A stretch of 64,000 bases of DNA from Nemertoderma westbladi (lineage: Eukaryota > Animalia > Xenacoelomorpha), in contig JAUCBJ010005507.1 of the NCBI GenBank assembly GCA_032718475.1, positions 5,024-69,023 of the forward strand, read 5' to 3'. The stretch's first letter is position 1; each line of letters begins with the position of its first letter. Positions 11,757 through 25,967 of this stretch are shown here, in pieces. Under the pieces are notes generated by a model that ran no database searches, was not told where the DNA came from, and worked only from the letters and a program-made list of their open reading frames with translations. The position numbers and the translations under genes were made by a program.

Positions 11757-12824
11757 CATGGCCCCCTGAGTACTCTGTATTCAGAGGGCCATGTGTATTC
11801 AGAGGGCCATGTGTAGTGTATTCAGAGGGCCATGTGTATTCAGAGGACCATGTGTAGTGTATTCAGAGGGCCATGTGTAGTGTATTCAGAAGGCCATGTG
11901 TATTTAGAGGGCCATGTGTAGTGTATTCAGAAGGCCATGTGTATTTAGAGGGCCATGTGTAGTGTATTCAGAGAAACATGTGTAGTGTATTCAGAGGACC
12001 ATGTGTAGTGTATTCAGAGGACCATGTGTAGTGTATTCAGAAGGCCATGTGTATTTAGAGGGCCATGTGTAGTGTATTCAGAGAAACATGTGTAGTGTAT
12101 TCAGAGGACCATGTGTAGTGTATTCAGAGGACCATGTGTAGTGTATTCAGAGGGCCATGTGTAGTGTATTCAGAAGGCCATGTGTATTTAGAGGGCCATG
12201 TGTGTGTAGTGTATTCAGAGAAACATGTGTAGTGTATTCAGAGGACAATGTGTAGTGTATTCAGAGGGCCATGTGTAGTGTATTCAGAAGGCCATGTGTA
12301 TTTAGAGGGCCATGTGTAGTGTATTCAGAGAAACATGTGTAGTGTATTCAGAGGACAATGTGTAGTGTATTCAGAGGGCCATGTGTAGTGTATTCAGAGG
12401 GCCATGTGTGTGTAGTGTATTTAGAGATACATATGTAGTGTATTCAGAGGGCCATGTGTGTGTGTAGTCGTAGTGTATTCAGAGATACATGTGTAGTGTA
12501 TTCAGAGGGCCATGTGTAGTGTATTCAGAGGTCCATGTGTGTGTAGTCGTAGTATTGAAAGTATTCAAAGGCCCATGTGTAGTGTATTCAGCGGGCCATG
12601 TATCGTGTATTCAGAGGGTCATGTGTATTCAAAGGGCCATGTGTATTCAGAGGGCCATGTGTAGTGTATTCAGAGGGCCATGTGTAGTGTATTCAGAGGG
12701 CCAGGTGTAGTGTATTCAGAGGGCCAGGTGTAGTGTATTCAGCGGGCCATGTATCGTGTATTCAGAGGACCATGTGTATTCAGAGGGCCATGTGTCTTCA
12801 GAGGGCCATGTGTCGTGTATTCAG
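11757..12824. repeat. Intronic minisatellite, 23-bp/18-bp units (gtgtattcagagggccatgt[gta])
   Basis: Direct inspection. Confidence 0.95.
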
Positions 12825-13004
12825 AAATTACTTATTGTATGGGAAATAAAGTATAATTTTATGTTCTCCACGCTGGATCGTAAAAAACTTGGATTGTTCC
12901 AAATTTGTTTCCCATAGAAGAAAGTTTTTAAAACCTGTCAAATAAACATTTACTTCCTCTACCAAAAATGCTTTCTACAGCTTAACAATCGCGTTCCAAC
13001 TCAC

Positions 13005-13291
13005 ATTAGCGGGTTTGGCTCGGCCTTCAAATACTGCGAGTTTATCCTCCGGTAGGGGTCTATCGTCGACGCCCCCCTGAGACGGTTGTTCGTCGGCACC
13101 ATCTAGCGGCCGACCACCGACATCCACCGGCGTCAGGTAATCCGCATCCACGTGAACATCATCGGGTATTAGGTTGACATGGAAACCGGTAGGACTAGCC
13201 AACTGGCGGTTGAGTGAATCTCCCGAGGAAGAACTCGACATAGATGTTGGTCCTTGGCGTTCCATATCCAAAAGGTCACTCATAAGGTCGC
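13005..13291 (-). CDS. Exon of large minus-strand gene (GDLMSDLLDMERQGP...LAVFEGRAKPAN)
   Basis: ORF 12975-13283; acceptor gctttttag| at 13292-13293; donor AAT|GTGAGT at 13004; phase 1 in / 0 out. Confidence 0.85.
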
Positions 13292-13911
13292 CTAAAAAGC
13301 GATAACGGAAGATGTTAATATGGATGGGTGGGGGGGGGGGGGGGGGGGGGTGTTGTTTGGTGGCTGCCCAAGCAAGTCGCTGAAGTGATCTTTCAATTTC
13401 CCAACACGTTCTTCAGGACTAACCATTATTAAGCTTACTCAACCTTGTTGATGTTTCCGTTGTTGGTTGTTCGGTTTTTACTTTGTAGGCTATCTTAAGA
13501 TCTTCTCTCTTACAAGTAACCTCATAATCTTGCCATGGCACATACTGTTTTCGTTTACGTTTCCGGAATTATGTCTCTTGACTGATTCCTTGTTGGGCTT
13601 TTATTAAATTCTGTTATATTGAATTGGTAGACTGGTTTCATTTTTCTAATATAAGTCCAGTCAGATCTTATGGGTTCTCATTCTCATATCTTTCAGCTAC
13701 GGGAGTAAACCAGTTGAGGTCGTAACTCCTACAAGCTTCTTCGGAGTAGGCTGCTAGCGGTTGATCGTCTACTTTCCGCCTATCCATGGCCAACAGCCCT
13801 GCTGGCGACTGTAGGTGTCCTTTGGTACCCTGTACTGAACAAGGTCTGCATTACTTCGGTATGGAATGTTATATAGAGGGTTATTGTACAATGTTATATA
13901 TATGTTATATA

Positions 13912-15772
13912 TGGTCGGCCTATAAGCGGCCCTAACAAACAACTCACCATGTTCTGGTCGGCCTATAAGCGGCCCTCACAAACAACTCACCATGGATGGC
14001 CTAAAATCGGCCCTCACAAACAACTCACCATGTTCGGGTCGGCCTATAAGCGGCCCTCACAAACAACTCACCATGGATGGCCTAAAATCGGCCCTCACAA
14101 ACAACTCACCATGTTCTGGTCGGCCTATAAGCGGCCCTCACAAACAACTCACCATGGATGGCCTAAAATCGGCCCTCACAAACAACTCACCATGTTCTGG
14201 TCGGCCTATAATCGGCCCTCACAAACAACTCGCCATGTTCTGGTCGGCCTATAATCGGCCCTCACAAACAACTCACCATGTTCTGGTCGGCCTAAAATCG
14301 GCCCTCACAAACAACTCACCATGTTCTGGTCGGCCTATAATCGGCCCTCACAAACAACTCACCATGTTCTGGTCGGCCTATAATCGGCCCTCACAAACAA
14401 CTAACCATGTTCTGGTCGGCCTATAATCGGCCCTCTCAAACACATCACCATGGACGGCCTATAATCGGCCCTCACAAACAACTTACCATGTTCTGGTCGG
14501 CCTATAATCGGCCCTCTCAAACAACTCACCATGGACGGCCTATAATCTGTCCTCACAAACAACTAACCATAGTCTGGTCGGCCTATAATCAGCCCTCACA
14601 AATAACTAACCATGGTAGGCCTATAATCGGCCCTCACAAACAACTAACCATGGTCTGGTCGACTTATAATCGGCCCTCACAAACAAGTCAACATGGTCGG
14701 CCTAAAATCGGCCCTCACAAACAACTCACCATAGTCGGCCTATAATCGGCCCTCACAAACAACTCCCCATGGTCGGCCGGCTTATAATCGGCCCTCACAA
14801 ACAAGTCAACATGGTCGGCCTATAATCGGCCCTCACAAACAACTAGTGGTCTGGTCGGCCTATAATCGGCCCTCACAAACAACTCACCAAGGTCTGGTCG
14901 GCCTATGAGCGGCCCTCACAAACAACTCCCATGTTCTGGTCGGCCTATGAGCGGCCCTCACAAACAACTCCCAACTCCCATGTTCTGGTCGGCCTATAAT
15001 CGGCCCTCACAAACACCTCACCATGGTTGGCCTATACTCGGCCCTCACAAACAACCCACCATGGTCGGCCTAATCGGCCCTCACAAACAACCCACCATGG
15101 TCTGGTCGGCCTATAAGCGGCCCTCACAAACAACTCACCATGGTTGGCCTATAATCGGCCCTCACAAACAACCCCCCATGGTCGGCCTAATCGGCCCTCA
15201 CAAACAACCCACCATGGTCTGGTCGGCCTATAAGCGGCCCTCACAAACAACTCACCATGGTTGGCCTATACTCGGCCCTCATAAACAACTCACCATAGTC
15301 GGCCTATAATCGGCCCTCACAAACAACTCACCATGGTCTGGTCGGCCTATAAGCTGCCCTCACAAACAACTCACCATGGTTGGCCTATAATCGGCCCTCA
15401 CAAACAACCCACCATGGTCGGCCTAATCGGCCCTCACAAACAACTCACCATGGTCGGTCGGCCTATAATCGGCCCTCACAAACAACTCACCATGTTCTGG
15501 TCGGCCTATAAGCGGCCCTCACAAACAACTCACCATGGTCGGCCTAATCGGCCCTCACAAACAACTCACCATGGTTGGCCTATAATCGGCCCTAACAAAC
15601 AACTCACCATGGTCGGCCTATAAGCGGCCCTCACAAACAACTCTCCATAGTCGGCCTATAAGCGGCCCTCACAAACAACTCCCCATGGTTGGCCTATAAT
15701 CGGCCCTCACAAACCACTCTCCATGTTCTGGTCGGCCTATAATCGGCCCTCACAAACAACTCACCATGTTCC
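13912..15772 (-). repeat. 43-bp (and ~38-bp variant) minisatellite, ~45 copies; most units carry exon tail + donor CATG|GTGAGT
   Basis: Plus-strand unit ggtcggcctataatcggccctcacaaacaactcaccatgttct; first unit overlaps donor at 15764. Confidence 0.95.
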
Positions 15773-16065
15773 GGTTTAGAATCTGCCATGTCGACAGTTG
15801 ACGGTTGGCTAACGATTCCACTAGAAACGTCAACCAATAGAGGTTGATCTACACGTTGTGGGTCAGTCTCTATTGGTCGGCGCTGTTGGTCTGAGTCTGG
15901 GAGATCCTGGGAGACTACGTAGGTCCGGTCAACATCCCGTTCCTGTGGATCTCTGTCACCCGACTCAGGAGAGTCACCACGGTATTCGTCTGGGGTGTGA
16001 GACTGCAACGTCGCCGCACCCAAGATCTCGTCCAACAAACTGCCTTCGGTATCCACGTGATCCGT
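15765..16065 (-). CDS. Exon of large minus-strand gene (TDHVDTEGSLLDEILG...MADSKPEH)
   Basis: ORF 15694-16056; acceptor tatatgtttag| at 16066-16067; donor ATG|GTGAGT at 15764; phase 0 in / 1 out. Confidence 0.85.
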
Positions 16066-17430
16066 CTAAACATATAAATATAGAATTTGTACGGAGAAAG
16101 TAAATATATAATGAGTAGGTCCTACAGGTATCGTCACATCGGTAAGCTATAATAGGCCTACCGACACCGGTCAATGTGTGTAGCCAATATACCATACTAA
16201 TATGCCAACCAAGGTAGCAAGCAAGCCATGGCTTGGGAATATATATAACATCTTACATATTAAGGTAGCCGGAGACCGCTATGTACAGATGTATAAATAG
16301 GCCTATATTTATAACGATGTACCGGTAGGCTTTTCAATTCTATATACCGGTAATTGAGAACAGCAAGTAATGAAGAGTGGTCCTACCGAATACCGGTAGC
16401 CGGTAGGAGTAGAGTGGTTCAAAAACAATATTTACTAATTTTTAACTCCTCGCATGTCTAACCATTCAAAACTATGTTTAGTATTTTTTTAGTAAAAAAT
16501 CCATTCAGGGGAAATGCTCCCATGCTTAATTTACGCAATTTGGCCCGATATCAATAATCGGCCGCAGAACTAAACTCATGGTTAATTATGTACCGGTACC
16601 GTAATTATATTGGGAAGTGTGGGATAACAATTTGATTTTAACTGATTTTAGGGTACAGCCGAAAATCACATCGGATTTCGAATAATTTGTATTTTAAAAT
16701 GTTATGTCAGTATGTTGCATGGTATACAATATACTACAGTACTGTACTGTATTTCAAGGCATTATATTAAACTAAGGATTGTTGATGGATAAGATTTATC
16801 TGTCTGCATCCAGCGACCAAAAGTGAACTACCGGTAATACTTGGAAAAAGCTTTGCATATATGAATTATACATAATTAGACAATGCTGATTCTAAATCTG
16901 TTTTCAGATTTGCCATAGCTATTTTTCACAAACGCAAATTCGTGTTCAAAATATTTATCGCGAACTACCTGACTGTGTTGACTGTGAAGTAGATTCAATA
17001 AGAATGAAATAGGATCAAAATCAATCTAAAACATCGAATGGACCTTTGTTCATACTGTCATATGAATTACCTGGCTGGCAGCCTGGTAGGCCTATATATA
17101 ATTAATTTATATAATTAATTTATTTATTTATTTATTCCACATCTGCTTTCAGATTTGCCCCCGGAAGGGGTTAGGATAATGGCTAGGCCTACCCAACCAA
17201 ACGCGAACATTGAAAACGTACCCTGGTTAAAACGTACCCGGCCGAAAACGTACCTCAATATTCTGATATTGGGTACGTTTCCAATATAAGCAAAGGCTAC
17301 GTTTTTGAGGTTAAAACGTACCCACTCATTTACCTCAATTGGCAGATGTGATTCTGTGATTGGTAAAGTGATCGTTTATTGTTTTGGTTAGTAACACCGC
17401 CACTGTACCGGTAGGAAACCTACTGCTGGC

Positions 17431-19783
17431 GGGTCCTACTAATTACCCCAACCTACCCCAACCTACCACAAACTACCACAATCTACCACAATCTACCCCA
17501 ATAATTCGATACAGGCATCTAATTACCACAATATTATTTTACAATGGCATCTAATTACCACAATATACAGAACTCAAGTGTCTATTTACCACAAGAATAA
17601 CTGCGCATCTAATTACCACAATATACAGAACGCATGTGTCTAATTACCACAATACTATACAGCGTCTAATTACCACAATATACAGAACGCAAGTGTCTAA
17701 TTACCACAACACTATACTGCGTCTAATTACCACAATATACAGAACGCGAGTGTCTAATTACCACAACACTATACTGCGTCTAATTACCACAATATACAGA
17801 ATGCAAGTATCTATTTACCACAACACTACACTGCATCTAATTACCACAATATACAGAACTCAAGTGTCTATTTACCACACGACAATACTGCGTCTAATTA
17901 CCACAAGACTATACTGCGTCTAATTACCACAATCTATTTATGAAAAAGACTACAGTACACTGCACACTGCATCTAATTACCACAATATTATTTTACAATG
18001 GCATCTAATTACCACAATATACAGAATGTAAGTATCTATTTACCACAAGACTACACTGCATCTAATTACCACAATATACAGAACTCAAATGTCTATTTAC
18101 CACACGACTATACTGCGTCTAATTACCACAACACTATACTGCGCCTAATTACCACAATCTATTTACGAACAAGACTACACTGCACACTGCATCTAATTAC
18201 CACAATATACAGAACTCAAGTGTCTATTTACCACACGACTATACTGCGTCTAATTACCACAACACTATACTGCGTCTAATTACCACAATCTATTTACGAA
18301 CAAGACTACACTGCACACTGCATCTAATTACCACAATATTATTTTACAATGGCATCTAATTACCACAATATACAGAATGCAAGTATCTATTTACCACAAC
18401 ACTACACTGCATCTAATTACCACAATATACAGAACTCAAGTGTCTATTTACCACACGACTATACTGCGTCTAATTACCACAACACTATACTGCGTCTAAT
18501 TACCACAATCTATTTACGAACAAGACTACACTGCACACTGCATCTAATTACCACAATATACAGAACTCAAGTGTCTATTTACCACACGACTATACTGCGT
18601 CTAATTACCACAACACTATACTGCGTCTAATTACCACAATCTATTTACGAACAAGACTACACTGCACACTGCATCTAATTACCACAATATTATTTTACAA
18701 TGGCATCTAATTACCACAATATACAGAATGCAAGTATCTATTTACCACAACACTACACTGCATCTAATTACCACAATATACAGAACTCAAGTGTCTATTT
18801 ACCACACGACTATACTGCGTCTAATTACCACAACACTATACTGCGTCTAATTACCACAATCTATTTACGAACAAGACTACACTGCACACTGCATCTAATT
18901 ACCACAATATACAGAACTCAAGTGTCTATTTACCACACGACTATACTGCGTCTAATTACCACAACACTATACTGCGTCTAATTACCACAATCTATTTACG
19001 AACAAGACTACACTGCACACTGCATCTAATTACCACAATATTATTTTACAATGGCATCTAATTACCACAATATACAGAATGCAAGTATCTATTTACCACA
19101 ACACTACACTGCATCTAATTACCACAATATACAGAACTCAAGTGTCTATTTACCACACGACTATACTGCGTCTAATTACCACAACACTATACTGCGTCTA
19201 ATTACCACAACACTATACTGCGTCTAATTACCACAACACTACTGTATACTGCGTCTAATTACCACAATCTATTTACCACAAGACTACACTGCATCTAATT
19301 ACACACAATATTATTTTACAATGGCATCTAATTACCACAATATACAGAATGCAAGTGTCTAATTACCACAACACTATACTGCGTCTAATTACCACAATCT
19401 ATTTACGAACAAGACTACTGCACACTGCATCTAATTACCACAATATTATTTTACAATGGCATCTAATTACCACAATATACAGAACGCAAGTGTCTAATTA
19501 CCACAAGACTATACTGCGTCTAATTACCACAACACTATACTGCGTCTAATTACCACAACACAACACTGTGTCTAATTACCACAATCTATTTACCACAAGA
19601 CACACTGCATCTAATTACCACAATATTATTTTACAATGGCATCTAATTACCACAATATACAGAATGCAAGAGTGTCTAATTACCACAATATACAGTACGG
19701 TAGTTATTAATATTCAGTGTCTAATTACCGCAAGACTTCACTAACGTCTAATTACCACAATATACAGAACTCAAGTGTCTAAT
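17431..19783 (+). repeat. Left foldback arm: ctaattaccacaa-based modular array with 351-bp higher-order unit
   Basis: Near-identical ORF translations at 17998, 18349, 18700 (period 351); reverse complement at 22442-22896 and 24076-24704. Confidence 0.9.
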
Positions 19784-21362
19784 CACGGGTAGGACTAAAA
19801 ACCCAAACGGACCCAAACGGTACCCAAACTAACCCAAACGGTGGAATACGGAGTTATATCAACAGATGTTATAGTTGCCACAACGGGGAAACAATTATAC
19901 GATTATACGAAAAATAATTACAGTAATGCAGCTTTTTGTGTTTTACATTCATGAAGAACACAAAAAACGGTGCCAAGCCCGTATAAATGCAGAGGCTCAT
20001 CTAACAACCACGCTACTTTACACGTATATGATATACAATGGACATCATTATGTATAAAGTAGCGCTTTATTTATACGGGGGGGGGGGGGGGGCTGAAAGC
20101 AATTGGAGAATTAATATCTCGTTTCAATGGTAAAGCATCCAATTAAGGGAGAGGAGCTAGTTAAACTGCTACGTTATTCTAACCAAAACAATAAACTAAT
20201 GTCAATCGAACATGGTTAAGGTATTAGTTTTGGAAGTAATCAGTTGTTATTTCTGTAAATATCGTTTGTATCGAAAGACCCCCCTATTTAAAGTACTGTA
20301 TACTTAGTTATTGAAATAAAAAGTATTTATTGTTGGGTGTTTTAGTTAAAGTTGCCGCCCTCTGGGAACAATCGCCACAACAGATGTTATAGTTGCCCCA
20401 ACGGAAGAAACAATCGCCACTACGGAGGATATAGTTGCCACAACGGAGGAAACAATCGCCACAACGGGGGACACAATCGCCACAACAGATGTTATACTGT
20501 ATTTGCTACAACGGGGAAACAATTATACGATTATATGAAATAATAATTACAGTAATGCAGCTTTTTGTGTTTTACATTCATGAAGAACACAAAAAACGGT
20601 GCCAAGCCCGTATAAATCTGTAAATGCAGAGGCTCATCTATCAACCACGCTACTTTACACGTATATGATATACAATGGACATCATTATGTATAAAGTAGC
20701 GCTTTATTTATACGGGGGGGGGGGGGGGGGGGAGGGTGAAAGCAATTGGAGAATTTATATCTCGTTTCAATGGTAAAGCATCCAATTAAGGGAGAGGAGC
20801 TAGTTAAACTGCTACGTTATTCTAACCAAAACAAAATGTATTACACGTATATGATATACAATGGACATCATTATGTATAAAGTAGCGCTTTATCATTTAA
20901 TTCCTAATAAAAATAATCTTAGTTCCTATAAATCAATTATTGGGGCACAATTTCAGCATATTACAGTATATCCATAACGAAATCAGTTTATTTCATTTAG
21001 TATTAAGTTCTTAGGTAGGTGAGTCTGTCGGTAGGTCAGTTGGTTAGTCTGTCGGTTGGTCAGTCTGTCATTCAATCTGTCGGTCAGTCTGTCGGTAGGT
21101 GAGTTAGTTAGTCTATCGGTCAGTCGGTCGGTTGGTCACTGGTGAGTCTGCCCGTCAGTCTCTCAGTCGGTTGGTCAGTTTGTCAGTCAGTGTGTCGGTC
21201 GGTCAGTTTGATTGTCAGTGGGTCAGTCGGATGGTCAGTCTGTCGGTCGGTTGGTCAGTCTGTCGGTCAGTCTGTTGGTTGGTCAGACTGTGGGTGGGTC
21301 TGTCAGTGTGTACCATCGTAAGTTAGATAGACGGTCGGTCAGTTCGGCTGACTGAAAATAAA

Positions 21363-22430
21363 TCATCTTTGTATTATGCGGGTGCGCTCGCTCTTGGGAC
21401 GTTTGCGTTGTTGGGGTTTTTTTGCAGTTCCTTTTCTTCTAGGCATCGTGAATATTTTATCTTTTGAAAATATTACTTCGGATTCCCCTTTAGGTAGACC
21501 TGATCCACTACATGGTAGTCGCTTATGGATAAAGTCCATTACCAGCTTATCTTTTTGGGCTTCAGTTTTCTGCAACCAGACGTTGCGAGAAACTCTAAAC
21601 TTTTGAAATTTATTGGACAAAACGTAATTACCTGTACCATATAGGGCTCGCCTAAGTTCACTCATTTGTAAATCGGTTACTGAGTGTAAATGTCTTATTA
21701 GTTCTGGCAATTTCTTTGCCAATCATGCCAATCGATTATGCCAATCGATAGTGACCTTTAGTATATTGTTGATGGACTCGCAGTTATTGTTGGTCCACAG
21801 TTTTTCGTGACAGCCCATTTGGTGTGGAACACAAATATTTTCATACAAGGTATCCCGCACATGGGTATCAAAGTACTTATCGAATACTGGGTACTTTGTT
21901 AAAAAGGGCATAAGCTCGAATAAACGAGTATTGAACGTATGTTCATCACAACTTTTTGCAATACCATTCGGACCGAATATAATACCTATGATAGCATTGC
22001 GTTCGTCCCCATCGCAGCCAACTTTATTAATTAGGTATCGACTTATATCGTCTTTGAGATGTTTACTACAAATAATGTTAGTTGCAGACGGAAAAGCAAC
22101 TCTAATTGCTTTCGTCAAACCCTTTTCCTGATCGCTTCCTATTCTAACTTCCACTGTCCTAGCATCGGTGGTTAGTTTCGTCTTTATATGTGAAAGAAAT
22201 GGAAAATATGTATTAAATTCGCCGTCCCAATGTAGAAGCATGGGTCCCAAAAAAATGGGAATTTCTGAATTTTCTTTGCGCGCTAAAGCTTGATTTTTAT
22301 ACACTAAAGTAGTAACAAAAACTGGACCTAAATTAAATGTCCGATCTATTCCTATAATACTCGCGCTGTTTCTTTTAAAGTCTTCCAGTTGTTTCTCTGT
22401 GTATAGAATAACACTGGGTGGCTTATTTTT
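21363..22430 (-). pseudogene. MULE/Mutator transposase remnant (5' truncated, disrupted near 21723)
   Basis: Motifs IGIDRTFNLG (D1), SDQEKGL (D2), CSKH (CxxH), TNNNCESIN (E); stop at ~21723; 5' end replaced by right-arm repeats. Confidence 0.85.
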
Positions 22431-22896
22431 TTTTTTTTTGGCCATTGTAAAATAATATTGTGGTAATTAGATGCAGTGTGCAGTGTAGTCTTGTTCGTAA
22501 ATAGATTGTGGTAATTAGATGCAGTGTAGTCTTGTGGTAAATAGATTGTGGTAATTAGACGCAGTATAGTGTTGTGGTAATTAGACGCAGTATAGTGTTG
22601 TGGTAATTAGACGCAGTATAGTCCTGTGGTAAATAGACACTTGAGTTCTGTATATTGTGGTAATTAGATGCAGTATAGTGTTGTGGTAATTAGACGCAGT
22701 ATAGTCTGATAGTGTTGTGGTAATTAGACGCAGTATAGTCGTGTGGTAAATAGACACTTGAGTTCTGTATATTGTGGTAATTAGACGCAGTATAGTGTTG
22801 TGGTAATTAGACACTTGCATTCTGTATATTGTGGTAATTAGATGCCATTGCAAAATAATATTGTGGTAATTAGATGCAGTATAGTCTGATAGTCTT

Positions 22897-24075
22897 TGTT
22901 CGCGCTTTCAGACCTTTGGCAGATTAACCCGCCAAATTAAGATGTCTTCTAGATATTAAATCGCTTTTTAGCCTATGGCAAGTATTTGATTCACTACACT
23001 AGTCGAAACCAATCTGTGCGCGATCATTCACCCGCTGGATATTCCCGGGAGATTGGGTTCGACGGCTTAATTTTATTGCTATGTAAGCCTAATGTATTAT
23101 TCGACTGACAGTATTATATAATCTCTGACAATATTATTCACCTTCGGGAATATTAACAGTTCCTTTAGGACGTGGCGCTTTATCTATATAAACAGAGTTA
23201 TGACTTAAACTACTCACAACGATATGGCTTAATTATAATTCACATATATGGCGCATTCTTTAGGAATTGCTTCTTTAACAGACTCACTCATACACAATGC
23301 TGCACAATACTGCACACTAATCTGCCAATCTTCACTGATTTTAGTCACATATAAAAGGAACACAGACTGACTCATGTAGGGTCTATCAAATAACATTAGA
23401 TTCACTTCAAACCACTTTAACATAAGTCACAATCGTTATAGGTAACCTTTCTCTCTTACCTTCGGTATATCAAGAATATTGGGTTTTCGGGGTTATTTCT
23501 CGTTATTCCAATATAATAATTCATCAACCAATATAATGAATAACCGACAACAAATAGCAGTATACAGTATTGATTGAGCAGGTAATTTTTAGCAGTGAGA
23601 TATTCAAAGAGTGTACAGTTGCAGTTAACGGATATATGTCCTTATAATTAAACCTACTAGTGTTGGACTAAAAAGCAGAAAGCACAAAACACTACAAAGC
23701 CGTTCTTTCGTGGCTTTGAAAAACTCGTGACTACTCTCTATACGAGAATACCAACTACCCTTATTCCACGAAGCTCCCGTTCAACACAGAGAAAGAGCAG
23801 TGAGATAGGAAAATTTCAGTTCAGTAGCTCTGTGATAGGTCAAAATCAAGGCTAACTCAAATTCTATTGGGAGATACAAAAACAAGGCTATGACGCAACC
23901 TTCCTAGGCTGGTTGGCCGATTAAACAGAGCCCAGATACCTGCGTACAGCAAATCAGCCAATAAGCTGGTAGCTTGCACTATTTTAGCTATAGATCCCCT
24001 TTAGAGTATTCTAGCGACCGGGGGGGAACTGGCCAACAAGGCAAACGAATCAGTTATCCCACAAAAGCTTTTACA
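22897..24075 (-). mobile_element. Solo LTR (possibly BEL/Pao type) inserted in right foldback arm
   Basis: TG...CA ends; 5-bp TSD GTCTT (22892-22896, 24076-24080); interrupts an otherwise continuous array. Superfamily and strand are tentative. Confidence 0.75.
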
Positions 24076-25967
24076 GTCTTGTGGTAAATAGATTGTGGTA
24101 ATTAGATGCAGTATAGTGTTGTGGTAATTAGACACTTGCATTCTGTATATTGTGGTAATTAGATGCCATTGTAAAATAATATTGTGGTAATTAGATGCAG
24201 TATAGTGTTGTGGTAATTAGACGCAGTATAGCTGTATAGTGTTGTGGTAATTAGACGCAGTATAGTCGTGTGGTAAATAGACACTTGAGTTCTGTATATT
24301 GTGGTAATTAGATGCAGTATAGTGTTGTGGTAATTAGACGCAGTATAGTCTGATAGTGTTGTGGTAATTAGACGCAGTATAGTCGTGTGGTAAATAGACA
24401 CTTGAGTTCTGTATATTGTGGTAATTAGATGCAGTGTAGTGTTGTGGTAAATAGACACTTGCGTTCTGTATATTGTGGTAATTAGACGCCAATGTAAAAT
24501 AATATTGTGGTAATTAGATGCAGTGTAGTCTTGTGGTAAATAGACACTTGCGTTCTATATATTGTGGTAATTAGATGCCATTGTAAAATAATATTGTGGT
24601 AATTAGATGCCTCTATCGAATTGTTGGGGTAGATTGCGGTAGATTGTGGTAGGTTGGGGTAGATTGTGGTAGGTTGGGGTAGGTTGGGGTAATTAGTAGG
24701 ACCGCTGCTGGCTGCTCCTTTCCCTTAATGTTTTTAATTTAATTAATTTTTAAAACCTTCTGAACACCTAGTTTGTGTTTGCGGTCAATTTGCGCCATTG
24801 ACTATAAAACGTAAGGTAGGCTACCCACCCACATACTGACATACTTTAAGTCTGTAAGTTAAATCATACTCGATATACGGGTAGGCCTACATTTTTGGAC
24901 GGGTGCGTTTTAAACGGATACGTTTTAACCTGCAACCTTTCCAAGCCAGCAAGCAGTCAAGTATCTACACAGTGCTGATGTGCCATCTGTCAGTCTGTGC
25001 CACTGCTGCACTGTCTAACTGTGACTGTCTTTGTCTTGCAGTCTTGTAGGGGCATCATACCGCGCTATCGGTACAAACTTGGAACCTTCATGCTAACAGG
25101 CTAATACACTGATACAAGCTGAGAAGCAGCCCTTTTGAAAATTTGGCCTATTTCAGTATTTAGAAATTATAATTTGCCCGCCCGCCGCACGGCAGCACGG
25201 TGCAAAAATCATGCGCCGGCTCGTTGAAAAGCTACCGGTGGTACCATACAGCCATAGTCCATACTGTCATACCGTAGGGTAGGCATACCGGTACTTCAGT
25301 AGGCCTACTTGATACCGGTACCGGTACGGTAGGCCTACTGGCTGACAGATAGACCTACACCCTACACGACATATTCCTGTATTCGCCGCCTTGTGTCTTG
25401 GCTCAGTCAGTTAGTTGCTCTCGCGTCTCGCCTCGCACTTCACACTTCGACTTCAGCACTTGACTCAGTGACTGCCTTCAGCACTTCAAATCAACAAATC
25501 AAACTCACCATATCGGCCTATCCAGCTATTAGGTGTACTGCTGTACTGATGCCGGTCTGCCCTGTTCTTCTGTCTGGCTGTAGCAGGTTAAACAATAAAA
25601 AAAACCGGAAGAATAAAGCACAAACAGACAAAGACGGGGGCTGACTTCTGGACTTACTGCTGTACCGGTACTGAATGAGGACAGACTATGATATGGCAGC
25701 AAGGAAGTACGGTACCGATACCGGTAACTTAACTTCGTTGGCCTAACTCAGTAACTGTCAAGGATATGAGCGTGTGACTTGTGAGGGGTGAAGCAACAGC
25801 AGAACAGAGCCTGGTCTGTAAAGAGAGCTGATGATTTGGGACTTATGTTTTGTTTTCAGAATAAGTAAATTCATTTTATTTAAGTCATACAGCTAAGCTA
25901 TATTTATCAGCAACTTTTTGTGAAAAACATATACTTATTATTTGTGGCCAGCATCTTTATCAGCAAC

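Larger units (their letters stand above)
17431..24704 (-). mobile_element. Mutator/Foldback-type (Phantom-like) DNA transposon, 7.3 kb, with long tandem-repeat inverted arms
   Basis: Termini ggtcctactaattacccc / ggggtaattagtaggacc; 8-bp TSD CTGCTGGC (17423-17430, 24705-24712); ctaattaccacaa arrays on opposite strands; internal MULE transposase. Confidence 0.85.

Noticed and set aside
12832-12934. Possible exon (tttgacag|...|gtaatt) just before the 23-bp array
   Set aside because: Implausible translation, and its phase would break the clean 13005->11025 junction; the 23-bp unit has no donor, so not counted as a donor array.
13949-15623. Plus-strand ORFs in the 43-bp array
   Set aside because: Repeat translations only.
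17210-24930. Outer element suggested by aaaacgtaccc / gtgcgtttt inverted motifs around the Foldback element
   Set aside because: Short, imperfect similarity; no termini or TSD defined.
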